From Rhynchobatus australiae (Eukaryota): a DNA stretch of 64,000 bases. Position 1 is the stretch's first letter, and each line of letters begins with the position of its first letter. Under the pieces are notes generated by a model that searched no databases, was not told the DNA's origin, and saw only the letters and a program-made list of their open reading frames with translations. Below, in pieces: positions 38,964 through 50,270 of the stretch. The stretch covers positions 33,743,737-33,807,736 of the forward strand of contig JAUZTB010000017.1 in NCBI GenBank assembly GCA_034780895.1, read 5' to 3'. The position numbers and the translations under genes are program-made.

Positions 38964-39895
38964 TACATAGTACAATACAGATCCTTCGGCCCACAATGTT
39001 GTACTGACATTTTATCCTGCTCTATTCCCTTCCCTCCCAAATGTTAACTCTTCCCTCCCATTTCTCTATCATTCATGAGGCTTGCTAAGAATCTCTTAAA
39101 TGTTCTTAATACATCTGCCCCCACAACTTCTGCCGGCAGTGGGTTCCACACACCCACCACTCTCTGCGTGTAAAAAAAAACTTGCCTCTAACATCCGGCT
39201 TATACCTTCCTCCAATCACCTTAAAATTATGCCCCTTCATGTTAGCCATTTTCACCCTGGGAAACAGTCTCTGATTGTCCACTCCATCTATGCCTCTGAT
39301 CATCTTGTAGACCTCTATCAAGTCACCTCTCATCCTCCTTCTCTCCAAAGAGAAAAGCCCTAACTCACTCAACCTATCCTCATAAGACACGCTCTCCAAT
39401 CCAGGCAGCATTCTAGTACATTTCCTCTGCACTGTCTCTAAAGCTACCACATCCTTCCTATAATGAGGCAACCAGAACTGAACACAATCCTCCAAGGGTG
39501 GTCTAATCAGAGTTCTATAGAGCTGCAACATTACTTCGTGGCTCTTGAGCTGACTAATGAAGGCCAACACACCATATGCCTTCCAAACAACCCCATCGAC
39601 CTGTGCAGCAACCTTGAGGGATCTATGGACATGGACCCCAAGATCTCTCTGTTCCTCCACACTGTTAAAGTCCTGCCATTAACCTTGTATTCTGCCTTCA
39701 AATTTGATCTCCTGAAGTGTATTACTTAACACTTGTCCAGGTCAAACTCCATCTGCCACTTCTCAGCCCAGCTCTGCATTCTATCAATATCCTGTTGTAA
39801 TCTACAGCGACCTTCTGCACTATCCAGAACTTTTGTGGCATCAGCAAACTTACTGACCCACCCTTCCACATCCTCATCCGTGTCATTTATAAAAG
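38964..39895 (-). mobile_element. Relatively young 5'-truncated CR1 LINE directly upstream of the MINPP1 CpG island
   Basis: ORF 39106-39660 (184 aa; QRDLGVHVHRSLKV...LYRTLIRPPLEDCVQFWLPHYRKDV...LGLFSLERRRMRGDLIEVYK). Upstream FAD and RT-end relics, 3' tail at ~38964. Confidence 0.93.
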
Positions 39896-39939
39896 AAAAT
39901 CACAAAGAGTAGGGGTCTTATATGTGAAAAGGGCAGGGT

Positions 39940-40330
39940 GTTGGCACAGTGGTTAGTGCTGCTGTCCCACAGTTCCAAAGACCCGCTTTGATAATGACCT
40001 CAAGTGCCGTCTGCACGGAGTTTGCATTTTCCCCTGTGACCGCACTGGTTCATCCTGGTGTCCCGGTTTCCTCCCATGTCCCAAAGACACGCTGGTGGGT
40101 TCATGACTCCTGTAGCTTATTCCATGGTGTAGGTAAGTGGCAAAAGAACTGAGGGAAGTTGCTGGACATATGAAAGAATCAGATTTATTATCACTGACAT
40201 ATGATGTGAAATTTGTTGTTTTGCAGCAGGAGTAGAGCCAGGCTACCAGGAAATAAGGAAGGGGCAATGGGACTAAGAGGACTGAGCTGGCATGGATACA
40301 ACGGGCCAAATGGCCTTCTGCATCACAGGA
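39940..40330 (+). mobile_element. HE1-like V-SINE with nested Rex1-like tail (~40175-40230)
   Basis: TGGCACAGTGGTTAGTGCTGCTG head and GTCTGCACGGAGTTTGCATTTTCCCCTGTGACC V-domain. Confidence 0.7.
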
Positions 40331-40574
40331 AGTAAATGGAGACAGCTTTCTGAATTCATTCTTGGAATACCTCACTGGAATTTTACATTGTATGGGACTC
40401 CCACTGACAGACGTGATGGTAATGNNNNNNNNNNNNNNNNNNNNNNNNNNNNNNNNNNNNNNNNNNNNNNNNNNNNNNNNNNNNNNNNNNNNNNNNNNNN
40501 NNNNNNNNNNNNNNNNNNNNNNNNACTATGTAATATGTTTAAAAAAAGTGAAATAAGAGCATGTTTGTGTATTA

Positions 40575-40890
40575 AGACGAGGAACATCCAATAGTCTGGA
40601 AAATCTGCTAGTTCAGTGCTGCATTATTGAAATTATATTGTAATATCCCAGTACCCTTTTATTTCACATTTTCTTAACCATGTAACACAATACAATAATA
40701 AATTTTACAGTGAACCAGTGGGTTTAAAGGGCACCGAGGGAAACACGTTCCAGGTGAGTTTAAAAGGAGTACAGAAAACAGGGCCACAGTGAGTTTAAAA
40801 GGAGTGTAGCAAACAACCTGGTGAGTTGGCTGCCAAATCATATGGACTTCCGAAGAATTATTTACCAGATTATTGGAGTTTTAATACCAA
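40575..40890. mobile_element. Possible decayed Tc1/mariner-pogo MITE
   Basis: Imperfect inverted ends (AACATCCAATAGTCTGG ... CCAGATTATTGGAGTT) and an internal direct repeat GTGAGTTTAAAAGGAGT x2. Confidence 0.4.
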
Positions 40891-41639
40891 AGTCTGGTTT
40901 CCACTAGGACATGTGACATTCAGAACTGGGCTCGACTGGGTTACAGCTAGTTACTGGGACCTACTGAAGTTCTGATTATATTAGGATGCAGATTGGCATT
41001 GGTTACTTAAGATTCAACGAGGCACCACACATTATACTGGGATACAAATGGGCAGTGGAATATATAGATGTGCCTGGTTACACTGGGATTTGCAAACAGA
41101 TATACAAACACACTGGGTTACACTAAGATGTATATAGTGGTTCATGATTGCACTGGAACACATGGAAGCACCAATTTTCATGGCAATATACATAGCAGTC
41201 AGGTTTGATTGGGATTTGCAGAGGCACTGTCTGGAAATTTGTAGAGTTAAAGAGTTACATTGGCATATGTATAGCACCTGGTTGCACTAAGATACATAGA
41301 GGCATTGAGTTGCAGGATGTTCAGAAATACTTGACTTTGTTGTAACGTACAGAGGCACTGGGCTACACTGAAATGTACAGTAACAATGAGCTGCTCTAGA
41401 ACATTTAGAGTCACAATATTACATTACGATATTGCAAATGTTTACAATGGATATGCACTGGCTTTGGTTTTCAAGAGCATAAACCAGTGCANNNNNNNNN
41501 NNNNNNNNNNNNNNNNNNNNNNNNNNNNNNNNNNNNNNNNNNNNNNNNNNNNNNNNNNNNNNNNNNNNNNNNNNNNNNNNNNNNNNNNNNNNNNNNNNNN
41601 NNNNNNNNNNNNNNNNNNNNNNNNNNNNNNNNNNNNNNN

Positions 41640-42415
41640 TGGAGTTTAATCCGGAGAAGTGTGAAGTGATAGACTTTGGAAGATCGAACTTGAAGACCTA
41701 GTACATAGTTAATGGCAGGATTCTTAGCAGTTTGGATGAACAGAGAGATCTTGGAGTACAAGTACATTGACCCCTCAAAGTTGCCATGTAAGTTGATAGA
41801 GTGGTTAAAAAGGCATGGGGTGTGTTGGCCTTCATTAGCCAGGGAATTGAGTTCAAGAGCTGAGAGGTAATGTTGCAGCTCTATAAGACTCCGGTTAGAC
41901 ACACTTGGAATATTGTGTTCAGTTCTGGTTGCCACATTATAGGAAGGATGTGGAAGCTTTGGAGAGGGCGCAGAAGAGATTTACCGGGATGCTGCCTAGA
42001 TTGGAGTACATGTCTCATCAGGAGAGGCTGAGCAAGTTAGGGCTTTTCTCCTTGGAGCGATGGAGGATGAGAGGAGACTTGATAGAGGTATATAAGATTA
42101 TGAGAGGCAGTAATAGCCAATATCAGAGGTCACCTGTTTAAGGTGCGTGGAGGAACGTTCAGGGGAGATGTCAGAGGTAGTTTTTTTAAAAATAACACAG
42201 AGTGGTGGGTACCTGGAATGCACTGCCAGGAGTGGTGGTAGGGGCCAATACAATAGGGTCATTCAACAGTCTTAGATCGGCACATGAATGAAAGAAAAAT
42301 TGAGAATTATGGGAGGTGACATAGAGAGGGGGACAGGTTGAATGTGGATAAAGTTTATATAGGTCTGCACAACACTGTGGGCTGAAGGGCCCTACTGTGC
42401 TGTACTGTTCTATGT
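41640..42415 (+). mobile_element. CR1 LINE 3' portion
   Basis: EFNPEKCEV, QRDLGV, ORF 41905-42141 (EYCVQFWLPHYRKDVEALERAQKRFTGMLP) and TGTACTGTTCTATGT tail. Confidence 0.92.
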
Positions 42416-42802
42416 AACAGAGTCATTGGGTTTACCCAGGGAAGATAGAGGCACTACTTTGTGAACAGAGGCACTCCATTATAATATACAGAGGCACCAA
42501 GGTATACTGGGATTGTCCGACAACAGCTGGAATTCACAATAGATCCAGATTATAGTGGGAAACCGAAAGGGACTGGCTTACATTGCTTTAACTGAATGGG
42601 TGAGGACATGGCAGATGGAATATTATAATGGAAAAATGTGAAGTAATTCGCTTTAAAAAAAACAGAAAAGCAGAGTATTTTTTGATGTCAGTGATTGAAA
42701 GGTGGTAGTGTTCAGAGAGATCTAGCTATCCTTTTACATGGATCACTGAAAGTTAATGTGCACATACAGCAAGCAATTAAGAAGGCAAATGGTGTGTTGG
42801 CT

Positions 42803-42950
42803 GAATGTGGGAGGAAACCGGAGCACCCAGAGGAAACCCACGCAGACGTGGGAGAACGTACAAACTCCTTACAGACAGCAGCAGGAATCAAACCCCGATC
42901 GCTGGCACTGTAGTAGCGTCGCGCTAACCACTACGCTACCATGCTGCCCC
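42803..42950 (-). mobile_element. V-SINE 5' half nested in an older CR1 relic
   Basis: Plus strand GAATGTGGGAGGAAACCGGAGCACCCAGAGGAAACCCACGCAGAC...GCTAACCACTACGCTACCATGCTGCCCC. Confidence 0.8.
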
Positions 42951-43089
42951 AATAATCACTTTTGTGCCCTATAATCACTTTTGTGTCTACTGAAATTATA
43001 GTGTCCTGGTAAGACTGAACTTGGATCATTGTGTTCAGGTCTTGTCTCCTTACACAAGGAAGGATATATTTGCAGTAAAGAAATTATAA

Positions 43090-44410
43090 TACATTCGAGA
43101 GGTCTAATAAGGGTAAGACATACACTATAAATAGTAGGGCCCTAGGAAGTATTGAGGTACACAGGGAACTGGGTGTACAAGTCCATAGATCCCTAAAGTT
43201 GGCAGCAAAGGTCGACAAGATAGTGAGGAAGATGTATGGGATGCTCACCTTCACAAACCTGGGCATATAACACAAGAGGTTCTGGTACAAATTCATAAAA
43301 CTTTGGTTAGGCCACAGGAGGAGCATTGTGTGCAGTTCTGGTCACCATACCATAGGAAGGACGAGAATGCACTGGAGAAGATGCAAAGGAGATTTACCAG
43401 GATTGTGTCTGGATTAGGACACATTTCTGAACAGTCCATGAACCCATGAACACTACCTTGTTATTCCTCTTTTGCACTATTTATTTATTTTTGTAACTTA
43501 TAGTAATTTTNNNNNNNNNNNNNNNNNNNNNNNNNNNNNNNNNNNNNNNNNNNNNNNNNNNNNNNNNNNNNNNNNNNNNNNNNNNNNNNNNNNNNNNNNN
43601 NNNNNNNNNNNNNNNNNNNNNNNNNNNNNNNNNNNNNNNNNNNNNNNNNNNNNNNNNNNNNNNNNNNNNNNNNNNNNNNNNNNNNNNNNNNNNNNNNNNN
43701 NNNNNNNNNNNNNNNNNNNNNNNNNNNNNNNNNNNNNNNNNNNNNNNNNNNNNNNNNNNNNNNNNNNNNNNNNNNNNNNNNNNNNNNNNNNNNNNNNNNN
43801 NNNNNNNNNNNNNNNNNNNNNNNNNNNNNNNNNNNNNNNNNNNNNNNNNNNNNNNNNNNNNNNNNNNNNNNNNNNNNNNNNNNNNNNNNNNNNNNNNNNN
43901 NNNNNNNNNNNNNNNNNNNNNNNNNNNNNNNNNNNNNNNNNNNNNNNNNNNNNNNNNNNNNNNNNNNNNNNNNNNNNNNNNNNNNNNNNNNNNNNNNNNN
44001 NNNNNNNNNNNNNNNNNNNNNNNNNNNNNNNNNNNNNNNNNNNNNNNNNNNNNNNNNNNNNNNNNNNNNNNNNNNNNNNNNNNNNNNNNNNNNNNNNNNN
44101 NNNNNNNNNNNNNNNNNNNNNNNNNNNNNNNNNNNNNNNNNNNNNNNNNNNNNNNNNNNNNNNNNNNNNNNNNNNNNNNNNNNNNNNNNNNNNNNNNNNN
44201 NNNNNNNNNNNNNNNNNNNNNNNNNNNNNNNNNNNNNNNNNNNGGCAGATACATTAGGGACATTTAAGAGACTCTTGGATAGACACATGAATGATAGAGA
44301 AATGGAGGGCTATGTGGGAGAGAAGGGTTAGATAGATCTTAGGGCAGAATAAAATGATGGCACAACACTGTGGGCCGAAGGGCCTGTACGGTGCTGTAAT
44401 GTCCTATCAT
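43090..44410 (+). mobile_element. CR1 fragments either side of a gap, with a Rex1-like tail at 43428-43510
   Basis: GVQVHRSLK.. and CVQFWSPYHRKD relics before the gap. After it, a 3' end nearly identical to 303-470. Confidence 0.75.
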
Positions 44411-45529
44411 TTAAAAGTTAATTGGATGGCCATTTGATTCACCACAGCACAGAATGCTACAGATCAAGTGCTGGCAGATGGGATTAGTGTAGATGGGTAC
44501 TTAATGGTGAGCTAGGTGGCCCATTTCTGTGCTGCGTGACTCTGTGAATCTGAAGTGCAACAGTGGTCTACCAGATTGCTTCCTGGGATGGAGAATTGTC
44601 CTGAGGATATTTTAAGGAGACTGGGCCGATAGTCTCTAGAGATTAGAAGAATGAGAGATAATCTTTCTGAAGCATACTAAATTCTTACAGGGGTTGGCAG
44701 CATTGATGCAGGGTTGATGTTTCTGCCATGTCTAGAATCAGAGGTCAGTTTCAAATAAGGGGCCATTCAGCATTGAGATGACAAGAAATTTGCAATTATA
44801 TTCAAGCAAGAGATAGATTTTTAGATATTAAGGAAATCAAGGATATGGGGTTAGTATAGGAAATTGGCAATGACATAAAAGATCAGCCATGATCTTACTG
44901 AATGGAGGAACAGGCATAAGGGATCCTTCCATTCCTCCTATCCTTCCATTATTTTCCTAGGTGTACATGTATTATGTAGTATTGTGTTAAACAAATACAT
45001 TTCAATAGGCAATGACACTTGCAACATCAAGCGATTCAATGGCACGCTGTTGTAAAGTGAAAATGCAGAGGCGCAACTTAAAATGGTAATTGAGAATTCA
45101 TAGAATTGTTAATAGGGGGTCACTTGGCCCATGGTGTTTATATTGGGGCATAATTTCCTCCAAGGAGGTCCATATAAATATCAACCATATTGCAAGCCAC
45201 ACTTGCATGTGGAGAAGAGATTTAGAACTGCCTTGCCAACTCATTGTCACACTGAATTTCTAGCCTCTGCCACTTGGCAAGTTGGCAGACTTTCCATTGG
45301 TGCAAGGACTCATTGGAGTTCTAATGGTGATGTGGATGTTTGCCAAACCAAAATCCTGAGATGTTCCAGAACTGAAAGGGCAATCACTTGCTCAAAAACA
45401 GCAGCCAGGACTAGAAGAAAATACCCACTGAGTATAAATAAATCTTTTTGCAACATCAAAATAGACCCTTCAACCCACCAAGTACTTACTGACCATGAAG
45501 CACTGACCCTACCATGACCTATTTTATTC

Positions 45530-45720
45530 TCACCACACTTCCATCAACTCTCCCTTCATTCTATCACTTACTTTTGCACTAGGGACCAGTTACAGTGGCC
45601 AATTATCCTACCAAACTGCATGTTTTTGAGATAAGGGAATAAGCCAGGAAGAAACCCATGTGGTCACCAGGAGAAAGTGCAAATGCTACACAGACAGCAC
45701 TGAAGGTTGTGATTGAGAAA
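45530..45720 (-). mobile_element. Decayed V-SINE
   Basis: GAAACCCATGTGGTCACCAGGAGAAAGTGCAAATGCTACACAGACAGCAC is the reverse-complement V-domain. Confidence 0.6.
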
Positions 45721-47928
45721 GGACAACAAGAATAGGGGAACACACAACAGGCAGCCCCTACATTACAGAAGTTCAGGTAACAGAAATTTGCCTTTATGGT
45801 ATTCACAAATTACTACCAAGAAAATAAGATACAAAAATAAAAATTCACTCTTGTGAAATTTATGTGACAAAAGTAAATAAACATTTTTTAAAACTCATTT
45901 CTTGATGCATGCTCAACTGATGTGGCTTTGAGTGACAGAAAATTGTTATACGGACAGTTTTCTAATAACACAGAGGTCACCTTTGTTTACAAGTTTGTCT
46001 CCATGTCTCCCACCATCCTAATGTGGAAACATCACAGTTCCTTAACTGACATTTGATTCAAGAGATAGAACTCCTTACCTGACAGATTGACAGGAAATCT
46101 TTACCAAAAAGACTCATGAATGGAGCTCGTCACTACCCTCTCAAGGGAAATTGTCAATGAACAACAAATGCTGGCCTCATCAGCAATGCTCACACCCTAT
46201 TTGTAACTTAAATTAAAGAAAAAAAATCCCCATAGTTACCATCAAGCTTCACTCGATTGTTTATCATCATCAGGCTGACTTGACAACAACTGGTGAATGC
46301 AAGATGCAACCAAATTGATATTTCAAATTAATTATTCATGCAATCATGACAAAAGCATGCAAATATCAATTAATCACCACCGTTCTTTTAGCCCCTGTCT
46401 TTCATGCAGCTTTGCTTCTTCCATTCTCATGTAATGCTGCTGCAATGGCTGCAGAATTGTTGGCAAAAGGCTACTTATCTGCATAAAGGCTCTTCAACTT
46501 ACAATATTTTCTCCTTCCACATGTGCTGCATGACCCATTGGGTCTTTCCAGTATTTTCCATTTTTATTTTAGATTTCCAGTGTCTGCAGTATTTTTTTTA
46601 CTTTTTTTCACTTGGAGGATGACCTCAGGAAGCTATAGGTCTAGATGACCCAACTTCAGACTGGTGTACAGCAATGGTGAGATCATAAATACTATCATTC
46701 TGAAAGAAGATAATCGACCTGTGCTCCACAGAGTTATTTCCACTCCCCCAGTGTGTCATCTCAGCAATGGTAATAATCTGTTAGGAAGAAGATTGCTGCA
46801 ATGTCCTGTTTCCAGCAAAGTGAAGTTGGATTGACCTAAATTAGCAATTAACTTTGTAAAGCCAAACTCTGGATCCTCCAGTGGACTGCTTTATTTATTG
46901 GAAAAGATGGATTTTAACATGGTCGCGATAGCTGCAGTATTAATTTGCAACATGGATGTCTGAGCCTCAACGATAGCAATCAGTTGTAGTGAGTCTTCTG
47001 CTACTACTGCAACCAAGGCTGAAACATTGGTTAGCAGATGCTCTCTGATAGATGGGTCTGGATGTGTTGAAACTGGGCCAGTCATTGGTTCCATGCTGGA
47101 AAGGATGGGCTCCCAGAAATGTTTCTTTTGGAAAAATAGCACAATGAAAATTGATGGTGTTGCTGAGAATGTGCCACACTAAACAATGCATTTGGGCATG
47201 TGAGGAAGCTATTCGAACTGAAATATATTCTAAAATGTCCAGTGCATTAGCAAGTTGTTTAATGTCACAGAAAGCAAAAGAGGTTTTGTTTAGCAAAGTT
47301 GTGCAAAAACCACAGGATTGTAGCACTCATAAACCATCAGAAATTTGAAGAGCTTCAGCTACGGAACTAGGAGAATCAGAAATCAGGAAGGACTGTCAAT
47401 ACGTTTATTGTCTCATTGTAGGCTCTGCCCCGCCACTACAGCTTTAGAGTTTTTTGGACCAGGCACCATTTGATTAGTTTGTTCATTGTTTAATTAATGA
47501 GTGAATTTAATCAATGGTGTTAATCACATAGAATCTTGCATTTGATTTTGTGTGCAAAATTGCAACACTTCTTGACAAAACAAAGAAGAATGCCAAAGAA
47601 TTTTTTCCATTGTAAGCTCCAACTCTGACTGCAGTTTCCCAACAATGGCTGTGTCATAAAGGTTTCCTATTTTCTTAGTTCAATCTGATTATATTATTGA
47701 ATATAGAATTTTGAAACAATATGCAATTCTAGAAGTATTATCAGGGTTAGCATATCAGAATTGAGATGTAGGGAAGGAATGCATGATCTTCACATTGAAA
47801 ATAGTAGAAGATATTTTTCAGGTTACAGCAATGGAGACAGCCAAGAAGACACAAAGAGGAATGATTCTAAAATAAGTATACAAAGAAAGTTATAAAGGAT
47901 GAATTGAATTAGGAAATGACCAGTTAAT

Positions 47929-48457
47929 CAGGCAGTCTCTGGAGTTACATAAGGGTTCTGTTCCTGAGAACTGTCCATAAACCAATTTTTCTGTAAGTTC
48001 AGAAATAAACAATTTCAATGAGGGTCAATTAACAGGAACATTTGTTAGTTGTTTTCCTGTATGTAGTAACCATGGTACAGAATCCGAAGGTCCTACATCC
48101 AATGACTAGTTTCAATGGCCTTAAAATATCAATGGATGTTACTTTGTTTGATAAAGTATGTTACAAGTGTCAATAGAAGAGATTTGCCTTGTCAATTTCC
48201 AAAGCAAATCTGTTAAATGCTGGTAGCTCCTTTCTCTTTGATTGCTGTGAGCAGGTTACAGGTGAACAGTTTTGTTTTTGAAGACTGGTTGTCTTGAATT
48301 AAATAGCTGCCAATCCTATTCCATAAAGATTCCTGAAGATGTTTGCATTTCTGTAACTAACTTTTCTGTCTTGTCAAACGCTTTAAACATATATGGGAGA
48401 ATTTGTGTATAGTCAGATTTCCCTAAATCAGGTCTTCTGTAACCCAGGGAGCTCCTG
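47929..48457. mobile_element. Decayed Tigger/pogo-type non-autonomous DNA transposon
   Basis: Imperfect TIRs CAGGCAGTCTCTGGAGTTAC ... GTAACCCAGGGAGCTCCTG followed by TA. Left TA not intact. Confidence 0.55.
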
Positions 48458-49859
48458 TAAAAAGAATCCATTAAATCTATGTTTTGTGTCGTCGTAGCCA
48501 CATCCCTTTTTTGCAAATATATGAGTGAAGAAATTTCTCCAACAACCTGTCTGTTTCAGAAGCAGGAAAAGCTGCCAATTTATTTTCCAATTTTGCTAAT
48601 AATAGGACAAACAAACTTTTGGTGGGACAAAACTTTTATTGATTGATAAGTTGCAGAAAAGCAAACATGCAGTGCAGCAGTTACAACTGAATTTACTTAA
48701 TTCAATGTAAGTTATCATAACATCAGGATTAAAGGATTTTAATGCTTACTTGACTTAAAATACATGATTTAAAACTGTCCTGCAGCATTTCTGTGTTCTC
48801 AGCTCTAGTTATTGCTACATGTGACTGTTTCACATCTTCTTGAAAAACCCATGTCCTAATTCTGCTGCCCAGTGTATGATACCTCTTCAGCTACATAATT
48901 TTGTCAAACTGTATCATTTCTCATCCATTTTGCTCCATCTGTCATCGTGGCCTCTTCTTGTTCAGGAATAAAATCACAATCAAACAACGTGTCCACACTT
49001 TCTACAATATCTTATCTAGATTGAAGGTGTCAGTATGGCTTACTTTTAGCATCTGAAGTACAGAAACCCTGCTCCTGGTCTTTGAGTGGGCAATCTAAAC
49101 ATTTCTGTTTAATACTCAGCAAATTTTGCATTGACAGTGAGAACATAATTTGGACAAAATATTAAATCATTCTACTCAAGTGATGTTAATAGCCACTTGG
49201 CACAATTTGAAGAATAATTAGTGTTCCTAGCCACCGCATCATTTTGAAGGCCACAAACACAAACAGATTGTCAGAAGCAGAGAGGGGGCATAAATGAATG
49301 GGAGATGAATTTCATTATTACAACATTTGAAGGGCTTCTCTTGGAATATAAAACTTCCATTTCTGGCTGACTCTAAAAGAAAGGGGAATTAAGCTAGCAA
49401 CAAACATATCAATTAAAGAAAAATAATTCCTTTACACAGAAAGTGGTGAGAATTTGGAACATGCTGCAGCTTGGAATGATGGAAGATGGTACTAATAATG
49501 TATCTGAGGAACGTTGGGAACATTGAGAGGAAAGAGATAGAATGCAGGGCAAAGTCAGAACAAATTATTAGTGACNNNNNNNNNNNNNNNNNNNNNNNNN
49601 NNNNNNNNNNNNNNNNNNNNNNNNNNNNNNNNNNNNNNNNNNNNNNNNNNNNNNNNNNNNNNNNNNNNNNNNNNNAAGTCAGAACAAATAATTAGTGACA
49701 AGAGGCTTGTGTGTAGTATAAAAACCAGCAACGACCAGTTGGGACAAATGACCAGTTTCTGTGCAATTATTTATAGTACATAATAAATGGCTATTTATTC
49801 ATTGGTTATTTATGGAAGCTTGCTGTTCTGCCTACAAATTATCACTTAGAGCATCTCCA

Positions 49860-50270
49860 CTCTCTTAGGCTGTCCCTCAGGATTGAGGATGACTGACTTC
49901 CACTCTGGTTTTATAGGTTCTGAGGTGGTTAATGAGGCCAATGTATGAACTGCAGACTTTTTCTCAAGAGGAGCAGGAGATGGCTGATAGGCAGATGGGT
50001 GGGTAGTTTGTAAGGTGGTGCATGCCTTCCTCAGCTCACATGGGCTTGTTAAGTCTCTGATACACAGCTTTGAGGTTCTCAAAGCCACCCCCAATGCTCC
50101 TGAACTTTGTGTGCTCATGGGCTAGAGGTTCCCAGGAGTCAGTGGGGATGCTGCACTTCTCCAAGGAAGCTTTTCCTTGAATCTTTTCCTCTGTCCACCT
50201 GGCTTTCTCTTCCCAGGGCCATTTCATGAGTCTTGTGTCAAGGCGATGAGCAACATGGCCTGCAAACATA
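49860..50270 (-). mobile_element. RTE-clade LINE 3' fragment
   Basis: Reverse complement resembles 16690-17285. ORF 50036-50290 has GHV..RL..DTRL, KASLEKCSIPTDSWEPLA. Confidence 0.65.

Larger units (their letters stand above)
38875..42590 (+). repeat. Degenerate ~28-bp minisatellite, fragmented by insertions
   Basis: Recurring unit ~GGGTTACACTGGGATATACAGAGGCACT at 38875-38968, ~40920-41490 and 42415-42590. Confidence 0.6.

Noticed and set aside
42952-42996. ATAATCACTTTTGTG repeated twice with a short spacer
   Set aside because: A simple local tandem duplication of two units, not a CRISPR-like or functional array.
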